A stretch of 64,000 nucleotides of DNA from Vicinamibacteria bacterium (GTDB lineage Bacteria > Acidobacteriota > Vicinamibacteria > Marinacidobacterales > Marinacidobacteraceae). The stretch spans positions 896,001 to 960,000 of the forward strand of contig OY729431.1 in the NCBI GenBank assembly GCA_963422395.1, written 5' to 3'. The notes below the pieces were generated by a model, which had not been told where the DNA came from, did no database searches, and saw only the letters and a list, made by a program, of their open reading frames with translations. Positions 1 through 10,029 of this stretch are shown in pieces. Position 1 is the first letter of the stretch, and each line of letters begins with the position of its first letter. Position numbers and translations under genes: made by a program.

Positions 1-255
1 CCGCTCGACGCAGGGGGGCGTCCGGCCGACATGGCAACACGGTTCGAGATTTACGAAGAGCGTCGCCCCCATCACCGCCGGTCCCGCTTCCAGCACCTGG
101 GCCTCGGCGTGAGGGCCGCCCGCGCGGGAGTGGAAGGCTTCGGCGAGCACCCGCCCCCCGCGTACCAGGACGGCTCCGACCGCCGGGTTGGGCGGCGCGG
201 TGTACCTTCCGAGCGCGGCGAGCTCGAGCGCCCGCCGCATGAAGACTTCGTCCAC
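1..255 (-). CDS. ribD: Riboflavin biosynthesis deaminase/reductase RibD, N-terminal part (runs off the window edge; absent from the ORF track)
   Basis: Manual reverse-strand translation from GTG at 255 gives VDEVFMRRALELAALGRYTAPPNPAVGAVLV...HAEAQVL...TLFVNLEPCCHVGRTPPCVER, with the RibD HAE and PC-x8-C zinc deaminase motifs. Confidence 0.93.
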   Translation of the reverse strand, partial: MDEVFMRRALELAALGRYTAPPNPAVGAVLVRGGRVLAEAFHSRAGGPHAEAQVLEAGPAVMGATLFVNLEPCCHVGRTPPCVER

Positions 256-329
256 GGGCGGATCGTATGGGCGCGCTCGGTCGTTGGGGCGGTTGCACGG
301 AGCGGGCGGCTCGGTCAGTCTCCCGGCTC

Positions 330-956
330 ATGTTCACCGGATTGGTCCTCGGCGTCGGCGAGGTCTGTGAGGCGCGCCCGCTCGCCGGAGGCGCGCGGCT
401 TCTCACCGTCTCCGATCCGGCGGCGCTGCTCGACGAGGTGTCTCCGGGACAGAGCGTCGCGGTCGCCGGCGTCTGTCTGACCGCAACCGCAACGGGACGC
501 GCCCGGGTATCCTTCGAGGTCTCCACCGAGACCCTCTCCCGAACCACTCTCGGCGCCTTCCATCCGGGCTGTCCGGTGAACCTCGAGTTGCCGCTGCGCG
601 CTTCGGACCGGCTCGGCGGCCATTTCGTACAGGGGCATGTGGACGGGGCCGGGGCAGTCCTCGCCGCCGGCGGCGAAGACGCTGACTACCGAGTGCGGAT
701 CCGGCACGGCGAGCCTCGCTGGATCGTCGAGAAGGGCTCGGTGGCCCTCGATGGAGTGAGCCTCACCGTCGCCGCTTCCCTCCCCGACGAGGCGTGCTTC
801 GAAGTGATGCTGATCCCGCACACCCGGCAGGCGACCACGCTCGGCCGACTGCGGGCAGGCGACACGGTGAACCTCGAATACGACATCCTCGCCAAGTACC
901 TGGCCCGATTCGTTGCCGCTACGATTCCAGTGCCCGGCCCGGTTCCCCGGGGATGA
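330..956 (+). CDS. ribE: Riboflavin synthase (alpha chain)
   Basis: N-terminus MFTGLV; [30 protein letters not shown] and VNLEYD motifs; ATG at 330. Confidence 0.95.
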   Translation: MFTGLVLGVGEVCEARPLAGGARLLTVSDPAALLDEVSPGQSVAVAGVCLTATATGRARVSFEVSTETLSRTTLGAFHPGCPVNLELPLRASDRLGGHFVQGHVDGAGAVLAAGGEDADYRVRIRHGEPRWIVEKGSVALDGVSLTVAASLPDEACFEVMLIPHTRQATTLGRLRAGDTVNLEYDILAKYLARFVAATIPVPGPVPRG

Positions 957-2239
957 AGGCCGAGTCCCCCGGAGTTCGAGAAGTGGCTGACCCCAAAGCG
1001 CCCCCCGCCCGGCTTCCCGGCGAGGAAACCCCGGTCCCGCCGTTCCTCTCGGTAGAACAGGCAGTCGCGGAGATCGCTACCGGCCGGATGGTCGTCGTGG
1101 TGGACGACGAGGACCGCGAGAACGAGGGAGACCTGACGGTCGCGGCGGAAAAGGTGACCCCCGAGGTGGTGAACTTCATGGCTACCCACGGCCGGGGCCT
1201 GATCTGCATGCCGATGATCGGGGAGCGGCTCGACGCGCTCGACATCCCGCTCATGGTGGAGGAGAACACCTCGACACTCAGGACGGCTTTCTGCGTCTCC
1301 ATCGAGGCTCGCGAGGGAGTCACTACCGGGATTTCGGCGGCCGACCGCGCCCGAACGGTGCTGGCGGCCATCCATCCCGACACCGCGCCCACAGACCTCG
1401 TGCGTCCCGGCCATGTCTTCCCGCTCCGCGCCCGTCCCGGAGGGGTGCTGCAGCGGGCCGGGCAGACGGAGGCCGGGGTGGATCTCGCCCGAATCGCCGG
1501 GCTCTACCCCGCGGCGGTCATCTGCGAAGTGATGAAGGACGACGGGACGATGGCCCGCCTGCCGGATCTCATGGCCTTCGCCGGGCGCCACGGGCTCGGC
1601 ATCGTCAGCGTCGCCGATCTGATTCGCTATCGGCTGCGCACCGAGTCGCTGGTGCGGCGGCTGGCGGAAACGGTGTTGCCCACCCGGTTCGGCACCTTCC
1701 GTACCGCCGCCTACGAAAACACCCTCGACCAGACGAAGCATCTGGTGCTGCAGCTCGGCGAGGCGAGACCCGATCGGCCGGTGCTGGTGCGAGTCCACAG
1801 CCAGTGCCTCACCGGCGAGGTCTTCGGCTCCCAGCGCTGCGACTGCGGTCCGCAGCTCGAAGCGGCGCTCTCGCGAATCGGGGACGAAGGCGCCGGGGTG
1901 CTGCTCTACCTGAACCAGGAAGGCCGCGGCATCGGCTTGGTGAACAAGTTGCGAGCCTACGCCGCGCAGGATGCCGGGCTCGACACGGTGGATGCGAACA
2001 CCCACCTCGGGTTCCGGGCCGACCAGCGCGAATACGGGGTGGGCGCGCAGATCCTCCGCGATCTCGGGGTGGGCCGCATCCGCTTGCTCACGAACAATCC
2101 CCGGAAGTTCGTCGCGCTCGAGGCCCACGGGTTGGTCATCGAGGAGCGGGTTTCCATCGAGGTCCCGGCGACCGAGCACTCTCGCGACTACCTGCGCACC
2201 AAGAAAGAACGCATGGGGCACCTCCTGACGGAGGTTTGA
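953..2239 (+). CDS. ribBA: Bifunctional DHBP synthase / GTP cyclohydrolase II
   Basis: [50 protein letters not shown] and EGRGIGL motifs; ATG overlaps the ribE stop (ATGA). Confidence 0.96.
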   Translation: MKAESPGVREVADPKAPPARLPGEETPVPPFLSVEQAVAEIATGRMVVVVDDEDRENEGDLTVAAEKVTPEVVNFMATHGRGLICMPMIGERLDALDIPLMVEENTSTLRTAFCVSIEAREGVTTGISAADRARTVLAAIHPDTAPTDLVRPGHVFPLRARPGGVLQRAGQTEAGVDLARIAGLYPAAVICEVMKDDGTMARLPDLMAFAGRHGLGIVSVADLIRYRLRTESLVRRLAETVLPTRFGTFRTAAYENTLDQTKHLVLQLGEARPDRPVLVRVHSQCLTGEVFGSQRCDCGPQLEAALSRIGDEGAGVLLYLNQEGRGIGLVNKLRAYAAQDAGLDTVDANTHLGFRADQREYGVGAQILRDLGVGRIRLLTNNPRKFVALEAHGLVIEERVSIEVPATEHSRDYLRTKKERMGHLLTEV

Positions 2240-2242
2240 TCT

Positions 2243-2458
2243 CTAGCAGTCCGTGGATAGAGTGGCGCGAGCACCGAGACCGGGCCAGTTCTCCCGGTGG
2301 GGGCGGCGCCTGGCGGACAAGGCGCGAATCGGGAGGCATACCGGGCGTATTCCGACGGATTCGCAACGAAGAGCGAAGCGGTTCAGCCAGGGCCCCCACC
2401 GGGAGGACTGGGCATCGCTGGTCGGATGCCGTGTGACTTTGTCCGCGGGCTGCTCTAG
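2243..2458 (+). mobile_element. MITE-like repeat, copy 1 (full length, with an extra 20-bp inverted insert)
   Basis: Terminal inverted repeats AGCAGTCCGTGGATAGAGT / ACTTTGTCCGCGGGCTGCT with CTAG at both flanks; near-identical to 22390-22584 and to the reverse complement of 27038-27233. Confidence 0.85.
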
Positions 2459-2608
2459 GGCGGGACTCTCCGGAGTCCGCTCCGCTCCCCGCAGGAAGCG
2501 GTGGCGGGACAGGTGCCCGGCGGGGGCTTTCCGGTGCGCTCCGGCGGGAAATCGGCGCTCCCGCTGTTACCATCCCTTCCCCGTTCCACTGCCAGGGGAT
2601 CGATCAGC

Positions 2609-3181
2609 TTGGCCAATACCTACGCCACCAACGAGTTTCGAAGCGGCCTGAAAGTCCTGCTCGACGGCGATCCCTCGGTCCTGCTCGACTGCGAGTTCGT
2701 CAAGCCGGGAAAGGGACAGGCGTTCACCCGCATCCGCTACCGGAACCTGAAGACCGGTCGGGTGCTCGACAAGACGCTGAAGTCTTCGGAGAAGGTCGAA
2801 GCCGCAGATGTGGTGGACACCGAGATGCAGTATCTCTACTCCGACGGCGGAGAATGGCATTTCATGGATCCGCGCAGCTACGAGCAGTTCGTTGCCGCGA
2901 AGGCATCGTTCGGGGGCACCGAAAAATGGCTGCTCCAGGGAATGAACTGCTCGGTCACTCTCTACAACGACCAGATCCTGCTCGTGAGCCCGCCGCACTT
3001 CGTCGAGCTTCGGGTGGTAGAGACCGAACCCGGAATTCGGGGCGATACTGCGACCGGCGGCTCCAAGAACGCCACCCTCGAAACCGGGGCAGTGGTGCGG
3101 GTGCCGCTGTTCATCGGAAAGGACGAGGTGCTCCGCCTCGATACCCGTACCGGTGAATATGTTTCCCGGGTGAAGAACTGA
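2609..3181 (+). CDS. efp: Elongation factor P
   Basis: TTG start gives [16 protein letters not shown]; VKPGKGQAF loop with the modifiable Lys; [13 protein letters not shown]; VPLFI...[11 protein letters not shown]. Confidence 0.96.
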   Translation: MANTYATNEFRSGLKVLLDGDPSVLLDCEFVKPGKGQAFTRIRYRNLKTGRVLDKTLKSSEKVEAADVVDTEMQYLYSDGGEWHFMDPRSYEQFVAAKASFGGTEKWLLQGMNCSVTLYNDQILLVSPPHFVELRVVETEPGIRGDTATGGSKNATLETGAVVRVPLFIGKDEVLRLDTRTGEYVSRVKN

Positions 3182-4128
3182 GCGGGGAAACGCCCCCGAA
3201 CTGGCAGCCCTCGGCCCCGGCGGCGAATCTACGGGAGCGCGCCCGCATCGTTTCCCGTCTGCGCGCCTTTCTGACCGCGCGGGGGTACCTCGAGGTTGAG
3301 ACCCCGATCCTGGGGCCGAGCGCGGTCCCCGACCGGAACCTGGAATCGATTCCGGCAGGAAGCGGTTTCCTCCAAACCTCGCCCGAATACGCGATGAAAC
3401 GGCTGCTCGCGGCGGGAAGCGGTCCGATCTTCCAGATCGTCAAGGCCTTTCGCGCCGGAGAGACGGGCCGGCGGCACGCGCCGGAGTTCACTCTCGCCGA
3501 GTGGTACCGGCTCGGACCGCTTGCCGGACTGCTCAGCGAAATGGAACTGTTGCTCGGCCACCTGCTCGGAACGCCGCGCGCCGCGGTCAAGAGCTATCGG
3601 GAGCTGTTCCTTGCGGCGGTCGGTGCCGATCCGCTCAGTGCCGGCGACCAACAGCTGGCGGTGCTCGCCGAGGCCCACGGCCACCCGGGGCGGCCGCTGG
3701 ATCGGGCGGAGGCGCTGGATTTCCTCTTCTCGCGCCTCGTGGAACCCAGCCTCGGCGAAAGCGCAGCGCCCACCTTCGTGGTTCGCTTCCCGGCGCCGCT
3801 CGCCGCGCTCGCGCGCCCAACCGAGAGCGATCCCCGTACTGCGGAGCGCTTCGAGGTCTTCTGCCGCGGCCTCGAACTCGCGAACGGATACGACGAACTG
3901 CAGGATCCGGAGGAACACCGCCGCCGCTTCGCCGCCGAAAACCGCGCCCGGGAATGCGCCGGTCGGCGGCCCGCTGCACTCGACGAGCGCCTGCTCGCCG
4001 CCCTCGAAAGCAGGGGCCTCCCCCGCTGCTCGGGGGTAGCACTCGGCGTGGACCGACTGGTCATGGCGGCGCTCGGCGCGTCGAGTCTCGAAGAAGTGGT
4101 CGCCTTCCGCGAGTCTCGGCTCCCCTGA
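3178..4128 (+). CDS. epmA: EF-P lysine aminoacylase EpmA (GenX/PoxA); start uncertain, probably CTG at 3178
   Basis: NWQPSA...RERARIV...[55 protein letters not shown] and GVALGVDRL motifs; adjacent to efp. Confidence 0.92.
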   Translation: MSGETPPNWQPSAPAANLRERARIVSRLRAFLTARGYLEVETPILGPSAVPDRNLESIPAGSGFLQTSPEYAMKRLLAAGSGPIFQIVKAFRAGETGRRHAPEFTLAEWYRLGPLAGLLSEMELLLGHLLGTPRAAVKSYRELFLAAVGADPLSAGDQQLAVLAEAHGHPGRPLDRAEALDFLFSRLVEPSLGESAAPTFVVRFPAPLAALARPTESDPRTAERFEVFCRGLELANGYDELQDPEEHRRRFAAENRARECAGRRPAALDERLLAALESRGLPRCSGVALGVDRLVMAALGASSLEEVVAFRESRLP

Positions 4129-4230
4129 GATCCTGCGGGGGGATCGGGGTTCCGGCCGGCCGCATCCCCCGACTGCGTCCGCCCGGTACACTCGGTGCGT
4201 TTCCTCGTCTCTCATCCCCGGAGGTCCTTC

Positions 4231-7200
4231 ATGAATATCCGACGCCTCGTGATCCTGCTGTCCGCCGGAGTCTTCGCCGGGGTGCTGTCTGCCCCGCGGG
4301 CGCTCGCCCAGGGCAGCCATCGCGACTACGACGAACACTTCGACGAAGCGAATGTCACCGTGCCGCCCGAGTACTACGAGGGCATGGAGTTCCGGGCGGC
4401 CGGTTTCACCCGCGGCGGGCGCTCCACCGCGGCGGCCGGGGTGACCGGCGATCCGCTGACCTATTACTTCGGCGGCACCGGCGGCGGGGTGTTCAAGACC
4501 AGCGACGCGGGCCACAACTGGACGAATGTCAGCGACGGTTTCTTCGGGGTGGGCGCGGTGGGCGCCATCGCCGTCGCTCCGTCCGATGCGAATGTGGTCT
4601 ATGTAGGCACCGGGTCCGTGTGTCCGCGCGGGAACATCTCGGTGGGTGACGGCATCTACCGCTCGACGGATGCCGGCAAGAGCTGGAAACACATCGGGCT
4701 CCGGCACGCCGGACAGATCGGTGCCATCGCCGTCCATCCCGACGATCCAGAAGTCGCGTTCGCCGCCGTGCTCGGCTATATCTTCGGACCCAACGAAGAG
4801 CGCGGGATCTTCCGCACCGAAGACGGCGGGGAGAGCTGGGAACGGGTGTTCTTCCTCTCCGACCGCACCGGTTTCGTGGACATCCAGATGGATCCGACGA
4901 ATCCCCGCATCCTCTACGCCGGCGCCTGGCGCGCCGAGCGGAAGCCCTGGACGATGATCTCGGGGAGCGAAGACGGCGGCATCTACCGCAGCCGGGACGG
5001 CGGCGACAGCTGGGAAAAGGTCGAAGGCGGCCTGCCGTCGGGGCTTTTGGGAAAGACCGCGGTCGCGATTTCGCCGGCCAACCCGGACCGCATCTGGGCA
5101 CTCATCGAAGCGGAAGGCGACGACGGCGGGCTCTACCGCTCGGACGACGGCGGCGAACGCTGGACCCGGATCAACGGCGACGCGAATCTGCGCCAGCGCC
5201 CCTGGTACTACATCCACATCTATGCCGACCCGAAGGACGAGAACACCGTGTACGGCTTGAATGTGGGTTTCCACAAGTCCATCGACGGCGGCAAGACCTT
5301 CTCCGAGCGCATCCGGGTACCCCACGGCGACAACCACGACCTCTGGATCAACCCGGATGATCCGAGCAACATGATCAATGCCAACGACGGCGGCGCGAAT
5401 GTCTCCTTCGACGGGGGACAGAGCTGGACCGACCTGATGGGGCAGGAGACCTCGGAGATCTACCGGGTGTTCGTGGACGATCAGTGGCCGTACCGCATCT
5501 ATGGTTCGCAGCAGGACAACTCCACGATCTCGATCCCCTCGCGCGGCGGTTTCGGGGTAGTGCCCGACTGGTATTCGGTGGGCGGCTGTGAAAGCGGCCA
5601 CATCGCGGTGGACCCGCGCGATCCGGACATCATCTACGCCGGCTGTTACGGCGGTTCCATCTCCCGAGTGAACCGCAAGACCGGCGAATATCGGCAGATC
5701 CTCCATTACCCGCAGCTGCAGCTCGGGCAGGCGGCGCGCGACCTGAAGTACCGCTTCCAGTGGAATGCGCCCATCCGGCTCTCCCCGCACGACCCCGACA
5801 TCCTCTACCACGCTTCGCAGGTCGTCCACCTGTCCCGCGACCAGGGGCAGAGCTGGTCGGTGGTGAGTCCGGACCTGACGACGAACGACCCGGAACACCA
5901 GGATTACGCCGGCGGTCCGATCACCCGCGACAGCACCGGCGTCGAGGTGTACAACACTGTTTTCGCCTTCGAGGAATCGCCGCACACCCCGGGGGAGCTA
6001 TGGGCCGGGAGCGACGACGGCCGCGTCCATATCTCCCGCGACCGGGGCGATACCTGGACCGAGATCACTCCGGCGGACATGCCCGAAGGCGGCACCGTCA
6101 ATGTGATCGAACTCTCGGTGCACGACCCGGCGCGCGCCTTCCTCGCGGTGTACCGGTACCGTGAGAACGACTTCCGCCCTTACATCTTCCGCACCGGGGA
6201 TGCCGGGGCGAGCTGGGACCTGCTGACCGACGGCACGAACGGGATCCCGCCCACGCATCCTACCCGCGCCATTCGCGAAGACCCGGATCGGATGGGGCTG
6301 CTCTACGCCGGCACCGAGTTCGGCCTCTACATCTCCTTCGACGACGGCGCCCATTGGCAAAGGTTCCAGAACGACCTGCCGGTCACCCCGATCACCGACC
6401 TCCGGGTGCACCGGAAGGACCTGGTGGTGTCCACCCAGGGCCGTTCCTTCTGGGTGCTCGACGACCTGAGCCCGCTCCACCAGCTCGACGAGGAAACCAC
6501 GACCGCAGAGTCCGTGCTCTACGCACCGCGCACCGCGCACCGCGGCGGTTTCGGCGGTGCGGCCCGGATCCAGTATCACTTGAAGAACGAGCCGGAATCG
6601 GCCATCACCCTCGAAATCCTCGATTCCGCAGGGAATACGGTGCGAAAGCTCACCGGACAGCCGGGCGCTGGTGCTCCGAGCGGGCCGGTCTCGCCGTTCG
6701 CGGCGTTCTTCGGCGGCGGGGGACCCGAAAGGCTGCCGGCGAAGGCAGGGCTCAACTCCTTCCGCTGGAACCTGCGCGGTGAGCGGATCGAGCGACCCGC
6801 CGGAGTCGTCCACTGGGGCGGGACGCCGGGTCTCCCGGTGCTTCCCGAGACATATGAAGTGCGTCTCACCGTGGGCGAGGAAACCCATACCGCGCCACTC
6901 GAAGTGGCGATCAACCCGAGCCTCTCCTCCACCGCCGCAGATCTCGCGAAACAGCGCGAGCTCGGCGAAACCGTCGCCGGTGAGATCACGAAACTCTTCG
7001 ACGCGCTCACCCGCCTCCGCGAGGTGAAGTCCCAGGCCGAAGACATCACCGCCCGCCTGCGGAAAGCAGACCGGGAAGACGAGGAACTCGGAGAACTCTC
7101 GAAAGCGCTCGGCGACCGCCTCACCGCGATCGAGGAAACGATCACCCAGACGAACAGCAAGTCCTCCCAGGACCCGATCAACTTCCCGCCGCAGATCGAC

Positions 7201-7422
7201 AACCAGCTCGTCACTCTCTACGGATATATCGTCCAGGCCGATTACGAACCCACCGCGGGCGCTTATGAACGCTTCGACGACCTGAAACCCGAGCTCGACG
7301 CCATCCACACCGATCTCGATGCGGCCATCACCGAGCACCTCGTCCCCTTCAACGCGCGGATCGCCGCCCTCGGCGTCCCGGCGGTCGTGGTGGCGGAGGA
7401 GGAGGAAACCCCGGGCAATTGA
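4231..7422 (+). CDS. Secreted VPS10/BNR-repeat (sortilin-like) glycosyl hydrolase family protein
   Basis: Signal peptide; many SxDxGxxW Asp-box repeats; HGDNHDLWINP, NDGG and YRFQWNAPI motifs; C-terminal coiled coil. Confidence 0.85.
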   Translation: MNIRRLVILLSAGVFAGVLSAPRALAQGSHRDYDEHFDEANVTVPPEYYEGMEFRAAGFTRGGRSTAAAGVTGDPLTYYFGGTGGGVFKTSDAGHNWTNVSDGFFGVGAVGAIAVAPSDANVVYVGTGSVCPRGNISVGDGIYRSTDAGKSWKHIGLRHAGQIGAIAVHPDDPEVAFAAVLGYIFGPNEERGIFRTEDGGESWERVFFLSDRTGFVDIQMDPTNPRILYAGAWRAERKPWTMISGSEDGGIYRSRDGGDSWEKVEGGLPSGLLGKTAVAISPANPDRIWALIEAEGDDGGLYRSDDGGERWTRINGDANLRQRPWYYIHIYADPKDENTVYGLNVGFHKSIDGGKTFSERIRVPHGDNHDLWINPDDPSNMINANDGGANVSFDGGQSWTDLMGQETSEIYRVFVDDQWPYRIYGSQQDNSTISIPSRGGFGVVPDWYSVGGCESGHIAVDPRDPDIIYAGCYGGSISRVNRKTGEYRQILHYPQLQLGQAARDLKYRFQWNAPIRLSPHDPDILYHASQVVHLSRDQGQSWSVVSPDLTTNDPEHQDYAGGPITRDSTGVEVYNTVFAFEESPHTPGELWAGSDDGRVHISRDRGDTWTEITPADMPEGGTVNVIELSVHDPARAFLAVYRYRENDFRPYIFRTGDAGASWDLLTDGTNGIPPTHPTRAIREDPDRMGLLYAGTEFGLYISFDDGAHWQRFQNDLPVTPITDLRVHRKDLVVSTQGRSFWVLDDLSPLHQLDEETTTAESVLYAPRTAHRGGFGGAARIQYHLKNEPESAITLEILDSAGNTVRKLTGQPGAGAPSGPVSPFAAFFGGGGPERLPAKAGLNSFRWNLRGERIERPAGVVHWGGTPGLPVLPETYEVRLTVGEETHTAPLEVAINPSLSSTAADLAKQRELGETVAGEITKLFDALTRLREVKSQAEDITARLRKADREDEELGELSKALGDRLTAIEETITQTNSKSSQDPINFPPQIDNQLVTLYGYIVQADYEPTAGAYERFDDLKPELDAIHTDLDAAITEHLVPFNARIAALGVPAVVVAEEEETPGN

Positions 7423-7499
7423 TCGAATCGAACGACCCGTATCCGAGAGGTTCGGGTGCCTCCGGTCGGCGCCCCTCCGGGCCGTGAATCGGGGAAGAG

Positions 7500-8105
7500 A
7501 TGAAGGGTCGAAAGGTTTTCTCCTCCGTGTGGCAGCGCCTGCTGGCGGAACCGAGCCCTCGTCTCGAAGAAGCCCTCTCGGATGCAGTCGAGAAGAAGAC
7601 CGGGGTGCCGCCCGACCGGGGCCTGGTGGCGGCCTTCTTGCGCGAGCAGGCGGAGGCGGCCCCGATCGAGGAGGGGCAGGATCGGCCAGCGCCGAGCGGA
7701 CCATTGCCGGCCCCTGCGCCGTCGAGGGGCGGAGGCCCGTTTTCCTTCAGCTTCGCTGGCGAGACGCGTTCGTTTCGGTATGCGAAGGATTTGCTCGTAG
7801 CCGTCTTCCGGAAGCTGGCGGCCCGTGATCCGGGCTTCTGCGAGCGGTATGCGGGCCGTTACTACGGCACGAAGAGGCGGTACCTGGCCACTCGCAGGGA
7901 GGACCTGTTTCCGGACACTCCCGAGCGGATCGCCATCGGAGCCGTCTCGGTCGCATCCGGCTGGTGGCTCGGAACGCATATGGGAAACTCTCAAAAGGTG
8001 CTGCGGATCCGCGAAGCCTGTGAGGTCGCCGGGCTCCGCTTCGAGGAGGATCTCGTCGTCGACTTTCCCATTCGACCGAGAAGAAGACGCGGCGGCCGAT
8101 CCTGA
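7500..8105 (+). CDS. Hypothetical protein with a SeqA C-terminal-like DNA-binding domain (resembles the C-terminal half of HsdR_N-type restriction proteins)
   Basis: GTKRRYLA...WWLGTHMGNSQKVLRI resembles SeqA-C (GRTRVYFA...YWVITNTNTGRK); helical N-terminal part followed by a Pro-rich linker. Confidence 0.5.
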   Translation: MKGRKVFSSVWQRLLAEPSPRLEEALSDAVEKKTGVPPDRGLVAAFLREQAEAAPIEEGQDRPAPSGPLPAPAPSRGGGPFSFSFAGETRSFRYAKDLLVAVFRKLAARDPGFCERYAGRYYGTKRRYLATRREDLFPDTPERIAIGAVSVASGWWLGTHMGNSQKVLRIREACEVAGLRFEEDLVVDFPIRPRRRRGGRS

Positions 8106-8197
8106 GTGCGGCAGTTTTGCGTCTTCGAGTGGTCCTCGCGGCCGAGACACCGCATCCCCCGAGCAACTGATCCGACCGGACCGGCGGGGCCGAACCC

Positions 8198-9370
8198 ATG
8201 CGGATAGAGAGCATCGAACTCAAGAACTACCGGGCGTTCCGCCGTACGGCGTTTCGTGGGCTGCCAGACATGGCGGTGGTGGTGGGCGCCAACGGATCGG
8301 GCAAGTCCACGCTGTTCGATGTGTTCACCTTCCTGAAAGATGCGTTGAGCGGGAATGCCGCTACCGCAGTGGCCCGCCGGGGCGGGTTCCGCGAATTGGT
8401 CAGCCGAGGCGAATTGGGCACTGTCGAGATCCAGATCAAGTTTCGTGAGACGGGCGGCCGATTGGCCACCTACATTCTGGAGGTGGCCCAGGATGGCGGG
8501 CGCGTCGTCGTGGAGCGTGAAGTGCTTCGCTACCGCCGGGGTCAGAAGGGAAAGCCGTGGCATTTCGTGGACTTTTCGCGCGGCGAGGGCACAGCGATCA
8601 CGAATGAATCCGTCTATGGTCAGCAGGGCGCCGTCGAGAAACGGGAGCGATACGAGCTGGACGACCCGAGCATCCTCGCCATCAAGGGGCTGGGACAATT
8701 CCGTGAGTTCCGGGTGGTCTCGGAGTTTCGCAGCCTGATCGAGAACTGGTACATCTCTGATTTCCACATCGCCGACGCCCGCCCGAGCGCGGAAGCCGGC
8801 TTCGCCGAGCACCTTTCCTCTCGCGGAGACAATGTCGCCCAGGTCGCGCAGTACCTCTTCGAGAACCACCCTGATCGTTTCGCCCGGATTCTGGAAGCGA
8901 TGCGCCAACGCGTACCCGGTGTCGAGTCTGTGGAGGCGAAACCCACCGAGGACGGGCGTCTCGTCCTCCGCTTCCGGGACGGCCACTTCCGCGATCCCTT
9001 CATCGCCCGTCATGTCTCAGACGGCACGATCAAGATGTTCGCCTATCTGGTGCTGCTCCACGATCCGAAACCGCACCCGTGTCTCGCAGTGGAAGAACCG
9101 GAGAACCAGCTCTACCCCGACCTGCTGATCGAACTCGCGGAAGAGTTCCGCGACTACGCGCGGCGCGGAGGCCAGGTGTTCGTCTCCACCCATTCTCCGG
9201 TTTTCCTGAACGGGGCGAAACTGGAAGAGATCTTCTGGTTGGTCGAGGAGGGCGGATTCACGACGGTGCGGCGGGCGTCCGAGAACGAAACGCTGCGGAA
9301 TCTCATGCAGGAAGGCGACTCTCCCGGAGCGCTCTGGAAGCAGGGACTCTTCGAGGGGGCGGGTCTGTGA
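8198..9370 (+). CDS. ABC/AAA_21-type ATPase (putative defence ATPase)
   Basis: Walker A GANGSGKST, signature-like VSDGT, Walker B/D-loop AVEEPENQLYP, H-loop STHSP. Confidence 0.88.
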   Translation: MRIESIELKNYRAFRRTAFRGLPDMAVVVGANGSGKSTLFDVFTFLKDALSGNAATAVARRGGFRELVSRGELGTVEIQIKFRETGGRLATYILEVAQDGGRVVVEREVLRYRRGQKGKPWHFVDFSRGEGTAITNESVYGQQGAVEKRERYELDDPSILAIKGLGQFREFRVVSEFRSLIENWYISDFHIADARPSAEAGFAEHLSSRGDNVAQVAQYLFENHPDRFARILEAMRQRVPGVESVEAKPTEDGRLVLRFRDGHFRDPFIARHVSDGTIKMFAYLVLLHDPKPHPCLAVEEPENQLYPDLLIELAEEFRDYARRGGQVFVSTHSPVFLNGAKLEEIFWLVEEGGFTTVRRASENETLRNLMQEGDSPGALWKQGLFEGAGL

Positions 9371-9931
9371 CCGGCCGAATCGGCTTTCTGCTGGAGGAGC
9401 GCTCGATGAAGGTTCTTCTCGAGGAACTGCTGCCGCGATCGTTCCCGGATGTTCGGTTCCTCTGTCTGGCGCACGAGGGCAAGCAGCATCTGGAGAAGAG
9501 CGTGCCGCGGAAACTCCGGGGGTGGCGCGAGCCGGGCGTTTCGGTTTCTGATAATGCGAGATAACGACGGCGCCGATTGCCGTGCCCTGAAGAACGGGCT
9601 TCTCGAGCTGCGTCCCCTAGGCGCCGGACGGGATGCTCTCGTGCGGATCGCATGTCAGGAACTCGAAGCCTGGTATCTCGGGGAGCCGGACGCTTTGGCG
9701 GAGGCGTTTTCCGACGAGAAACTGCGGTCGATCGGACGACAGGCCCGTTATCGTGATCCGGACACCGTTGTGAACCCTTCCCGAGCGGTCCGCCAACTGG
9801 TTCCTGAGTTCCAGAAAGTCTCCGGTGCTCGCCGGATGGGGAAGCGGCTCACGCGGGAGAGAAACCGTTCGGCGAGCTTTCGTGCATTGCTGCGGGGAAT
9901 CGAGAGGCTGCGGGAGGAGGCTCCGGCATGA
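9367..9931 (+). pseudogene. DUF4276-family (TOPRIM-like) protein with a +1 frameshift at about 9539-9541
   Basis: GTG overlaps the ATPase stop; FLLEERSM...HEGKQHLEKSVPRKLRGWREPGV continues in another frame as RFLIMRDNDGADC...RIACQELEAWYLG...NRSASF; one extra T in GTTT. Confidence 0.8.
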
Positions 9932-10029
9932 GGCATGGCGCCAACAGGCGCATGGTGTGCAGTGCGTCGTGGTCGGTGGATATTCCAGGTGGAGAAATGG
10001 TCAAGATCGTCTGCGTGCACCTCCCAGCC

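Noticed and set aside
31-480. 149-aa + strand ORF
   Set aside because: Antisense shadow of ribD, and out-of-frame overlap with ribE
2253-2651. Recurrent peptide ARAPRPG...LADKARIGRHTGRIPTDSQRRAKRFSQGPHRE in several small ORFs (also 22409-22882 and 27038-27223)
   Set aside because: Translations of the MITE; copies differ by frame-breaking indels and have inconsistent starts and stops
3229-7704. Long minus-strand ORFs (918 and 568 aa), and similar long antisense ORFs elsewhere (e.g. 40518-42560, 44258-46747)
   Set aside because: Shadow frames of well-supported genes, expected from high-GC codon bias; no motifs
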